A DNA stretch of 64,000 nt from Paraphysomonas bandaiensis. Taxonomy: Eukaryota; Protista; Chrysophyceae. The DNA lies in assembly GCA_965644295.1 (NCBI GenBank), contig CBFFRP010000475.1, forward strand, positions 62,001 to 126,000. Reading direction: 5' to 3'. A program made the position numbers and the translations under genes. This document shows positions 11,201 to 22,200 of the stretch, in pieces (the first letter of the stretch is position 1; each line of letters begins with the position of its first letter). The notes beneath the pieces were generated by a model. That model worked only from the letters and a program-made list of their open reading frames with translations, made no database searches and was not told the DNA's origin.

Positions 11201-13909
11201 AGTAGGCTCACCAGTGGGTCGCCCAGTAGGATTCCCAGAGGGCTGACCAGAAGGTTCTCCAGTGGGTTGTCCAGTAGGTTCCCCTGAGGGCTGCTCAGTA
11301 GGTTCGCCAGTGGGATGGCCAGTAGGCTCCCCAGAAGGTTGACCAGTGGGTTGCCCAGTAGGTTCCCGTGAAGGCTGACCAGAAGGTTGGCCCGTAGGTT
11401 CCACAGAGGGCTGACTAGTAGGTTGTCCTGTTGGTTCCCCAGAAGGCTGAGCACTTGGTAGTCCGGAAGGTTGACCAGTGGGTTGGCCAGTAGGCTCCCC
11501 AGTAGGATTACCAGTGGGTTGTCCTGTAGGCTCCAATGAAGGCTGAGAAGAAGGTTCCCCTGAAGGTTGGCCAGTGGGTTCCCCTGAATGCTGAACACTT
11601 GGTAGTCCAGAAGGTTCCCCTGAGGGGTGACCAGTAGGCTGTCCAGAAGGTTCACCAGTGGGTTGACCAGTAGGCTTCCCAGAAGGATTACCAGTGGGTT
11701 GCCCAGTAGGTTCCCGTGAAGGCTGAGAAGAAGGATGGCCTGTAGGTTCCGCAGAGGGCTGACTAGTAGGTTGTACAGTAGGTTCCCCTGAAGGGTGACC
11801 AGTAGGCTGTCCAGTAGGCTCACCAGTGGGTCGCCCAGTAGGATTCCCAGAGGGCTGACCAGAAGGTTCTCCAGTGGGTTGTCCAGTAGGTTCCCCTGAG
11901 GGCTGCTCAGTAGGTTCGCCAGTGGGATGGCCAGTAGGCTCCCCAGAAGGTTGACCAGTGGGTTGCCCAGTAGGTTCCCGTGAAGGCTGACCAGAAGGTT
12001 GGCCCGTAGGTTCCACAGAGGGCTGACTAGTAGGTTGTCCTGTTGGTTCCCCAGAAGGCTGAGCACTTGGTAGTCCGGAAGGTTGACCAGTGGGTTGGCC
12101 AGTAGGCTCCCCAGTAGGATTACCAGTGGGTTGTCCTGTAGGCTCCAATGAAGGCTGAGAAGAAGGTTCCCCTGAAGGTTGGCCAGTGGGTTCCCCTGAA
12201 GGCTGAACACTTGGTAGTCCAGAAGGTTCCCCTGAGGGGTGACCAGTAGGCTGTCCAGAAGGTTCACCAGTGGGTTGACCAGTAGGCTTCCCAGAAGGAT
12301 TACCAGTGGGTTGCCCAGTAGGTTCCCGTGAAGGCTGAGAAGAAGGTTGGCCTGTAGGTTCCGCAGAGGGCTGACTAGTAGGTTGTACAGAAGGTTCCCC
12401 TGAAGGGTGACCAGTAGGCTGTCTAGAAGGTTTGTCGGTTGGTTGGCCTGTAGGTTCCACAGAGGGCTGACCAGTAGGCTGTCCAGAAGGTTCACCAGTG
12501 GGCTGACTAGTAGGCTTCCCAGAAGGATTACCAGTGGGATGTCCAGTAGGCTCCCCAGAGGGCTGACCAGAAGGTTGACCAGAAGGTTCCTCTGAAGGCT
12601 GACCAGTTGGCTGTCCTGTTGGTTCCCCAGAAGGCTGACCAGTAGGCTGTCCTGAAGGTTGACCAGTGGGTTGGCCAGTAGGCTCCCCAATAGGTTGACC
12701 AGTGGGCTGACTAGTAGGCTTCCCAGAAGGATTACCAGTGGGATGCCCAGTAGGTTGGCCAGTAGGCTCCCCAGAGGGCTGACCAGAAGGTTGTCCAGAA
12801 GGTTCCCCTGAAGGCTGACCAGTTGGCTGTCCTGTTGGTTCCCCAGAAGGCTGACCAGTAGGCTGTCCTGAAGGTTGACCAGTGGGTTGGCCAGTAGGCT
12901 CCCCAGAAGGTTGACCAGTGGGTTGTTCTGTAGGCTCCCGTGAAGGCTGAGAAGAAGGTTGGCCTGTAGGTTCCGCAGAGGGCTGACTAGTAGGTTGTCC
13001 AGAAGGTTGCCCTGAAGGTTCCCCTGAAGGCTGACCAGTTGGCTGTCCAGAAGGTTCGCCAGTGGGTTGTCCTGTAGGTTCCTGTGAAGGCTGAGAAGTA
13101 GGGGTTACCGTGGGTTGGCCAGTGGGTTCCGTGGAAGGCTGAACAGACGGTTCACCAGTGGGTTCCCGAGAAGGCTGTCCAGAGGGATAACTAGTAGGTT
13201 TCCTGGACGGTTCACTCGAGGGCTGTCCTGTAGGTTCCCTAGTTGGAACACTAGTAGGTTGACAAGAAGGTTCAAATGTGGGTTGTCCTGAGGGTGCTGC
13301 AGAGGGTTTCCCTGAAGGTTGAACAGATGGCTGTCCAGTGGGTTTCTCTGAAGGTTGACCAGTAGGTACATGCGACGGTTTCGCTGAAGGTTCTACAGAG
13401 GGTTGCTCCGTAGGTTGGCCACTAGGCTCACAAGTTGGTAGACCGCTCGGCCCTCCAGATGGCTCGCCCGTAGGAAACCAAGTAGGAGGACTAGACGGTT
13501 CAGCTGTTGGCTGAGTTGTGGGTTTTTCTGAAGGCTGCCCAGTAGGCTGTCCCGATGGTTTACTCGTTGGTGTCCCAGAAGGAATCCTAGTCGGTCCGTT
13601 AGTGGGGGATACAGTTGGTGGCATAGTAGGAGATTCAGATGGTTCCCTAGTCGGTCTGTTAGTGGGGTTTAAAATGAATGGTGTAGTAGGAGGCTTAACC
13701 GGGCTGTTAATGGGGTATGTGCCATCAATAGGAGAGTATTCAATTGGAACTAAATCATTTCCCACAGTGGAAGCTAGTGCATTCTTCGTAGTATGAATTA
13801 AAGGCGTTAGTGTTGAATGTAATTTAGATGAAGGTGTTGTACAGCCATATTGTTCAGTATATGACAGCATCCATATGAATATGAGTGTATTGCAGTGATG
13901 GGTCCTCAT
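2284..13909 (-). CDS. Gene 1: giant polycystin-1/REJ-like membrane protein with PSGQ/PTGE mucin-like stalk and no head domain; join(4168..13909, 2284..4112), about 3856 aa
   Basis: The 3280-aa and 629-aa ORFs join in frame through a GTAAG..TGTAG intron (EFD-C-VWGEEL). First ATG gives MRTHHCNTLIFIWMLS. REJ-type motifs (VDASGSYDED; NSPPYPGSYSVSPSTG...FTFSASKWEDSDIPLSYEF), EGF-like CPGDCS...CACYDGFTGHSC, GPS-like CSLIEYTGSNITCEC, PKD1-like HRWIGVV...SRPIR, and several hydrophobic TM segments. Confidence 0.85.
4113..4167 (-). other. 55-nt spliceosomal intron of gene 1 (same intron at 17953-18007 and 31676-31730)
   Basis: GTAAGTTTTT...TTTGTAG; removal restores the frame between the two overlapping ORFs in all three copies. 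Confidence 0.9.
10100..13620 (-). repeat. Coding 12-bp (P-S/T-x-x) tandem repeat stalk of gene 1, with a 612-bp higher-order repeat
   Basis: PTGQ/PSGE/PSGQ tetrapeptides. The block gaccagtgggttgcccagtaggttcccgtgaaggctgaccagaagg recurs at 10729, 11341 and 11953 (period 612). Confidence 0.9.
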
Positions 13910-14013
13910 AACCCTCTCACACTTCACACTTCACTTCACTTCTATCTAATCACACATCACACACTCCATATCCATATCCATATGAATATACAGTATGCAC
14001 ATATTCAGGTACT
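13857..14013 (-). promoter_or_regulatory. Shared proximal promoter/5' UTR/first-18-codon cassette (copy 1 of 3)
   Basis: Near-identical to 26755-26912 (-) and 54266-54428 (+). Contains GAAGT/GTGAAGT micro-repeats just upstream of the ATG. Promoter function is inferred from position. Confidence 0.7.
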
Positions 14014-14429
14014 AGGATTGTATGTCTGCTTTTCATCTATCGCTTGTCGTATATGTATATGAAAAAAAGTGACGCTGGGGACCCTTTTTTACCACACGCC
14101 CACAGCGACAGTGTTGTAGCCAGAATTTCATTTACTTTTTTCAGTTTTTCTTTTTAGTTTGCATTTTCAGTTTCAGTGATCTCCACTATACTAAACCATC
14201 CACATGGTGTACTGCGTCGTATCATAATATTCTCGTGTTTATCTTTCCCTACTCTTGAAATTATTGTGAGGTTTGAGTTAAATCCGCTACCGCTCAATTC
14301 TGTTTCTCACATTTCACCGCTCCCGTTACTGAGATTCAATGAATCCTAACCAACAGAGACAGACAATCAGAGCTACAAGAACCACGTACTCAATGGGTGA
14401 GAGAGCACATGATGGATCCAGATGGACAG

Positions 14430-14640
14430 TATCAAATAGCCAGTCTAATTTATGTGAGGACCGGCCAACAAACTACAGACGTATTCACGAAAGCATTGAG
14501 CGTTACTACATTTGAAATGCATATAAAGAAGTAATTAGGAGAAGTGACGAAACTATCAGCCGTCATCGGGCAGAACATTCAATGAAAAGACGCTATTGAG
14601 TAGCAAATAGTAACTACACCTTCTTGTATTGAGTGGGAGT
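14430..14640 (+). mobile_element. Copia pol 3' remnant (RNase H C-terminus) plus polypurine tract; probable LTR starts at about 14640
   Basis: Translates IASLIYVRTGQQTTDVFTKALSVTTFEMHIKK*LG, matching the copia RNase H YV.T..Q.AD.FTKAL motif. Followed by gagtgggag|TGTG. Confidence 0.7.
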
Positions 14641-15338
14641 GTGAATCATTGCACTGCACACATTAGCAGCCGTTAAGGTTCAAATGCAGACTGCAACACA
14701 GTAATGATGTATAGTAACCGTATTTAAGAGTCCATGGATATGAGAACATCTGACCGTAACTGAAAAATGATGTCTGTTCAAGACCATGAGAATATCTTTG
14801 GTTTAAAAAGGTGATTGTCTATATGATGAATGTACATGATATTGTTAGATTATTATAATCTGTTAGTACAGTAAATGTGAGTTGAATCAGTTGGTAAAGT
14901 CTAAACAATATGTCAACATCTAATATCTAACAGAAAAGATAGTGGCACCTGTGCCTTTAAACTTCAAAGTACTTCAGTCGGGTTGATATATGCAAGTGAT
15001 ATTCTTATCATATGGGAATGATGTTGATTGGATGGCTCTACATGCATTATATCCTCACCCCAAGATTCCGTATGAATAAAGAATTGATCTTTATAATAGT
15101 AAAACAATGTTGTGATTATTAGAAAGTAAGTAATGAACAGGATAGAGTGAAAATTATGAATAACAATATAGAACGTACTATCATGCACAACGGAATAGTT
15201 AAAAGTGTAACTGATAATGACGACGTTATGATGACGATCACGTATCTTCGACAGATACTCTCTCTAATTCAGTTCATGGTGTATTTCATTGAACATTATA
15301 ACTCACAGATACAATCATGTATTAAGCTGAATCCTAAT

Positions 15339-15563
15339 ATGAAATATAGTGATGTACAAATGCTGTGATGATATTGAGAAACTGAAATAGTTTGATCTTT
15401 CAAGATATGTTCAGTACGTGAGGTTTGCATATGTAGGATATTATGCATGGATTAAAATGAGTTAGTGTTGGTAATCACAACTTCGTGTAAACGATATTAA
15501 TAAATCTATCTAGTCTTACGACAAATTCTCTCTGTGATCTAGCTTAAAATGAGCAATTTCCAA
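15339..15563 (+). mobile_element. Fragment of the copia 5' UTR and gag start; inverted homolog of about 1295-1516
   Basis: For example cacaacttcgtgtaaacgatattaataaatctatctagtcttacgacaaattctc is the near-exact reverse complement of about 1326-1380. Ends at atgagcaatttccaa versus atgagcgtttctcaa. Confidence 0.8.
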
Positions 15564-16258
15564 TCGTCTACATGTCTACCACACAGTACTTCATCCATAT
15601 CCCTGTCCCATAATAGCTTCATAAATGACCTATTTTTGCTACAGTAGGCAATATATATAGCCTCCTACGATTATCTATTTAGACTCCATCTCGCCTCACG
15701 ATGCATGTAAGAACCCGAACTAGTGCTGCTCTGTACCACAGGTCGAACAGACAATGACATTCGCAAGAAACTTCGTAACACTGTAGCTGGCACTGCTGAT
15801 GATTGGCATGTACAAGGCAGTTATGGGCACGTGTAGCGTGTGGATATTCTGATGCACATATGGTTTAACGTTCTAGAGCGAAGAGCAATTTCACCGCAGT
15901 ATACATAGAGTTATGTACTTCAAGCACATGGTGAACAACCAAAGACTGAACAAACTCACTCACAAATCCACGACACATTTTTATTATTTATATACGAACT
16001 AAAAGAGTAACAATATCAGTTGTACTTGTATAGAATAAACACTAAAAGCTCGGGAACTATCACAAGAATCTCCAGATACTTTCGTTCGACTTCATCGACG
16101 ACTTGACGTCGTTGAAACTCGTAAAATGACTAGTGCCTCAACTCTCATAACGGGCTTCAGCTGCGACAAAATGCTGAGATGTATGGCACAAAAATTCATC
16201 ATCTTCCCACTGTATTTCCTCCATTTCATTGCCGAAACCCTCAACCCCTGTCTCATTA

Positions 16259-19200
16259 TCAGTTGTCACTGGTATTATCTCCACTGTTTGAACAGCTATC
16301 AAGTGCATCTTTACCGAGTACCCATGCATCAGTAACAGGCCTCTGGTCAACATATTCACCAGACGAATAATTGAATTCCTCGAATTCAATTTTCCCTTCA
16401 TTTAGATTAAAATCGCCAGAATTCGACCCTCTCACGCAGTGTGTTGACATATCGACCTGCTTGTGGCTTTCTTGGATTTCTCTCCAACTTCCAACATGTT
16501 GTAGCTTTTCCAACCACTCCGACATGATCCGGTCATCAAAATCTGAGCCATCTACCGCACCAGGCCATCGCAACCCATTCTGCAGCATGCATATCGAATC
16601 AGGATCATATTCATCACTATCCTCCCACGACACATGTCCATCATGCCCTGTTCCAATATCAGATGGAGCTGAAGAACACTCACTCGAATGTGCATGCGCA
16701 CAACCGTCACCTACAACCGTGCACTCATCTTCACAAGTTGAAAGTGACGAACATCTCCGTATCCATTTAGTAACCTCGTTCGACGGAGGAAGGGACTCTT
16801 TCTGTACCCTACTGATACTACACTTCGCCTGCTCCTTATCGAAATTGTTCACAGTTTCAGCAGGATGCACACGACGGGATGATACCGTCGGCCGGCCAAC
16901 TGAAATACTCTCGCTGGATGGAAGCGAGCCTGCAAAATCTAATCGAGTTGATCCTCTTCCAGAGATCGTCAAAAAATGAAGTATGATCACAACAGTCACA
17001 CATGGAACAAAGGCTAGCACTGGATTCAGCCTGAAAAGTTGTACGTGTAAGACAACTATATAACCCAACCCAAATGTACTAACAATCTCCAGGGCCATGT
17101 CTTGAATCGGTTCAGGCAGCTCAATCATACTCGTAACCGCAAATAACAGCACTCTACTAAAGGCTTGGGTCAAAAACTGAAATTTCGTATCATAATTACG
17201 CTCCATCGATCGGGCCTTGGTCTTCACTGATTTCTTCGGCCACGGTGTAGAATATTGCATAATTAGTCTACTCTCTGGAAGATTCGGATACAATGACGCC
17301 AATCTAACGGAGGGGTAAAGATACCTAGCAGCGTTGAATTCGTCATCAGAAGGACTCAAAAGAGAAGTACAATTTTTCGAATTTTGTTTGAATGAAACTA
17401 TATCATGAGTCACTTTCTTTTTAATCTTCATGACATCTTTCATTGTCATAAAGGGAATGGCAATATGTTGAATAATTACCATACCGGTGCATACAAGTGT
17501 TATATTAAATATAAGCCACACAACAAAACTGTAAAACCAAGCCTTCTGTCGAGTTTCTGTTTGTCTCATTGCAAACAAGTATATATACAGTAACATCGCA
17601 GCCGCCACCACAGTCAAAAAAATCCATGTGCAAACTTTCGCAAATAATGTGGCCCTTCTCTTGGGGGCACTATCACGGCGATCTTTAGCATCCAATATCT
17701 GACCATTAGCACTGTCCATAAGATCCTTGATAAAGAGGTAAACTAACCTCTTGTTCTTATTTTCTCTATTTATACTTGGATTGCCAAAATATACATATTC
17801 GCGCTGTACAATCTTACGAACATTACTCAACTCGGAGAGGATCATTGCTTGTCCAGAGTTTTCGGAATGACCAGTAAAACAAAAGAATAATTTCGTCAGC
17901 TTCAAAATCATGCTATTTTTGACATCAGCAGTCAGTTCTTCGCCCCAAACACCTACAAACATAAGCACAATCAACAAAATATACACCACGCCAAGAAAAA
18001 AACTTACAATCAAACTCCTCCCGCTCAGAATCCGTTAGTATACTTCGAAATCGTCTGATATCGTTCAAAAGACGGGCAAAATCCTCATGAAGAGTAGAGT
18101 CACATACATCACCAGAAATTTCAACCTTAGGAACAGTGCTATTATATGATGTCGAACTCTCAATATGTGCTGAGTCACGACTGTCTCCACGTTCCAGTGA
18201 GCTAACTCTTGACAATTGTCTTCTCCGCTTTGATATGCCCTCCTGTCTTGTCTCGGCCGACAAAATGAACATAATTAGACTTTGCAATGATATCGCTATC
18301 GGTGTACTAATGACTGCTGCAAATAGTGCTACCATGAGGACACGCTCGAAGTCGCTACTTATCGGTCGAATGTAGCAACTGTCTTCCGCAGCATCCCAAT
18401 AACACTTACTCTCACTTCTAGACAAAGATGACTTCTCTTTCAAGCACTCTTCACTGTTAGTGTAGGCTTCACATGAACCATCATCAGGATCAGCGATGTC
18501 ATATGTGATGGCCTCAATGAAGAGCATCGTGAGAATGTTCATTAGGAGAGACATGATACGGATAGGACGTGAATATGTCGGAGAATAATGACATACCACT
18601 CCGATCCAGCGGTGATATATCTGCACTTCATTCGACACTTTCTTCCAGAGTGGAACTCGTCTCAATACCATCGGAAGTGCATCTTCAATCATCTGAACAT
18701 CTTTACTACTACCAGAATTTTGAACTCTCACTTGCGCCAACTTTGCCCTACCAACTTGCGGCTGTACAGTTGCATTGCTGACAGACCGAAACACACGTGC
18801 CATTATCGCATCCGTTAAGGAATTTGATTTGGTTATTAGCTGTCGACCACTTCTACTGCTACTGGGAGTAACTCTATTACTTCGTGATAAAAGCGATGAC
18901 ATCTTGTGAATGTTTTCTCTTTCTATGCTCTTCATAGAATCCTTTTCAGTGGCTTTATCATGATAGTCCAAGTGACAGGCACCTATAACAGAAAATATTC
19001 CGAAAAGACCTATGAACCCAACCGTGAGTAGAACACGAATACTTCCCACAACATCATGGCCACTCAAATCATCTACACTTGTCCATGTATCCACAAACTC
19101 AATCAATATAGAACGACTCACTGAAGCAAAGTCAACAGACACCGCACTGTCGTCAGATGACTCTGATTCCTGCATTCGTCGTCGCTGCCTCTCCAAAGGA

Positions 19201-22200
19201 AGCGTACATTCACATGTTATATTGGAGCCAGTATATTCTATCAAAGAGCATGATACACTGTCGTCTCCAATAGCATCACACGTAACTGAGAAATCATGAA
19301 CAGGGCATGAACGGGATACAGTTCCTGATGAAGACCCGTTACATGATAGAGTGATAATATCTCCTGCCGGACATTCGTACTCTTGCGATATTAGTTCTCC
19401 CTTCTCACAATCCAAATAGAGAGTATCGATATCACTGCCATCAGACAAATGACTCTCGGGGATGCTCTTCACATTTTGCAAAACAACAGTCACGTTACAC
19501 GCATCAAACGAAGACGTATTGCAGGGGGACTCATCAAAGCGAAGACCAAAAGGAACACTTAAAGTATATGTATCATTACTGAAGTGAGACACCAAGGATT
19601 CAACAACAGCAACTTTAAACGCAGTTTGATACGCACTCTGAGGTACCACTGCAGTCTGAGAGCTCGAGCCTACCAAATCTTCAAGAATCGTTCGAGGTGA
19701 GGTAACAGTCGAATTGCGCCGGCCATCTAATGACAAACATGAAAAGCGAAACAAATTATTCACTACATCAATTGAGTTCTGTCCTTCAACCATATCCAGC
19801 AAAATGAAGTCGTAATAGGCTTGATATAATACAAAGGATGTTCCCCCGACTGATGGGTCGGCATCAAGAACTAAGTCTAGAACAGTGCTCACTGCAGTGA
19901 TGTCTTCATAAGACAAGCCAAGGTCAACTGCATCTGCAATGAACTCCACTGCCATAGATGCTACCAAATCTTTCGTTTTATCCTCAATACCACTTGGATC
20001 GCTGCATATTGAGGCCAAACCTTCTATCCAAGAGACAAGAGTATCTGCTGACGGATCTTCCAGAAGCGACACACTACGAATCGCTTCCGCAAGCTGATGT
20101 CGTGTTTGTAAAGTCTGATTAAATTCATCTACGCTGTACTCACACGAATGACCAGTGAAGCCATCGTAACAAGCACAGATGGCTTTACAGTGAACACTCA
20201 ACACATTGCAAGTGGTGTACGTGACATTGGCGTCGTATACAGACACATATTGGCAATACCCAGAATACGAACAATCTCCTGGACAGTCCTTAGGCATGAC
20301 AACACATACATTGGAATCGCACACTTCCCACTGCGTAGAGTCACAGTCACTGTTTCGGGTGCACAATGTCGGATTTGACGATCCCATTGAAAGGCGTCTT
20401 CTCGTATCATCGCTCAAGTGTAAACAGTACGTATTCGCATGACCACTTTCTCCAGCGTACCCTTCCAAACACTCTCCACATGTACTCGCAGTTGTCGTGC
20501 AGTCAAATCTATTCAGATTAGTACAGTTAGGCGCGGAAGAGCAATTCACACTGTTTAAAATTGAGGCTGTGGTTGCAATAGCTTTTTTCATCTCATCAGC
20601 ATAGCCATTGGAGTTTGCAAGGGCATCTGTGAGATAGTTTTGTTTGTCCTCTGCAGAAAGTTCCTGCATCTTTACCTCCACAGAGCTATAGGAAGCAATC
20701 TTGGCATCAAGAATGTCAAAAACTTGCAATCTCGTGCTAAGCATGAAATCCGCAGAATCCTTCCCCGCAGGCAAATCCGTAGACACATAAGAGAGCTCCA
20801 ACCGAGACCGGTGAACAAGATATGCTCCAGATGAGCCTTGATATGCGAATTCATAAGATAACGGAATATCAGAATCTTCCCACTTTGAAGCTGAAAATGT
20901 GAATTCCGTGACAAGCATGGTCCCTGTAGATGGTGAAACAGAGTAGCTACCCGGATATGGAGGAGAATTGGTCGATATCGTAATGGCAGCAGTCGCAGAG
21001 TACCCCGTGTCTAGGCTGCATGCAAGTTGGAAGCTAAACTTCGACTCCTGGGGTAAAGTATTCGGTGGTAACACCAGACTCAATGTATACACTTCCCGAG
21101 AAGACGCGGGAGTTGCTATCGCTTTCGTCACTTCGGACAGTGAAACCGATTGCAGATGTATTGATGGGTCGTCAACAGACCAAGTTGCTGTACCACCAGC
21201 GGCAACTTCCACGGTGGCAAGTAGTTTGAACTTCTGAGAGGGGTTGATTCGAGTCCCGCTTGATGATGAAAGTGTCACCAATGGGGCCAGTGATGGAAGT
21301 ACAGTGATTATAACTGTTGCAGTGGAAGATCGAAAATCTTTCGTGTGAACAACTTTCACTGTCAGCTGGTGCACGCTATCAATCATCTCATCGCTGGAAT
21401 TCTGAGGTACAGATACTGAAACCTGTGATGGTGAAATAGCTGATATAACCAGGTCGCTGTTGGCTTTGTATGACGGATAGGTTTGTGCACAGCTGAAGGC
21501 AAACGACAATCCAGCACCGACACCTGTGGCTTCGTTATTATCTTCATCGTAGCTACCAGACGCATCCACATTTACTGAGCTATCCGTTCGAACCCCCCTA
21601 CTAGATGATCCAGACACCTTCGCAACGACCAACCCTTTGACTACTGTCACAGAAACCGAGGCAGAGGAATACTTCAACGACTCCGTGTGTTGTGCTGTCA
21701 GGGTTACAGTATACACAGTCCCCACTTCCAGAGTGTAAGGCAACAACTTGAACGTCCGCGGGTCGCTCGATTGAGAAACTAAGCTGAGAGGGGTCCCTTG
21801 TGCAAATATTTTCCAAGAATATTGTATATTCGCAGTGCTGGTCGCCCCACCACATATGGAGGTGTACGCTTGACCAGTGACTGATAGCGACGAATATCTG
21901 TACTGCAACCTCAGCTTCTTAGAATTCAAAGATACTACAGGAACATTTTCAGATGAAGAAACAACAAAAGAGTGCGTTGACCTCCCACAACCACCGATAA
22001 AATTGCACATAACTACTGTAATACTGTATGCGAATCCTGGATACAGTAAGGCCTGTGGCACTGTTAAGACGCCTGATGCTTCGTAATTGGCGTTTAAATA
22101 GGTAGTGACCAAGGAAACATTCTCGTGAATTCCATAAACATTAAACGATATATTCACAAAGGAGCGCCCTCCAGAACCTTTGGATCCAGAAATATCTAGG

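Noticed and set aside
9967-12690. 907-aa Leu-rich ORF (and the 1131-aa one at 37530-40925) as overlapping genes or LRR proteins
   Set aside because: They are shifted-frame readings of the CCT-TCT-GGT-CAG stalk repeat, which happens to lack stops in that frame. They end shortly after the repeat ends and have no LRR consensus.
13909-13927. GTG/TTG starts given by the track for genes 1-3
   Set aside because: Eukaryotic context. In-frame ATGs at 13909 and 26807 match gene 4's ATG, and gene 3's TTG lies inside a predicted intron.
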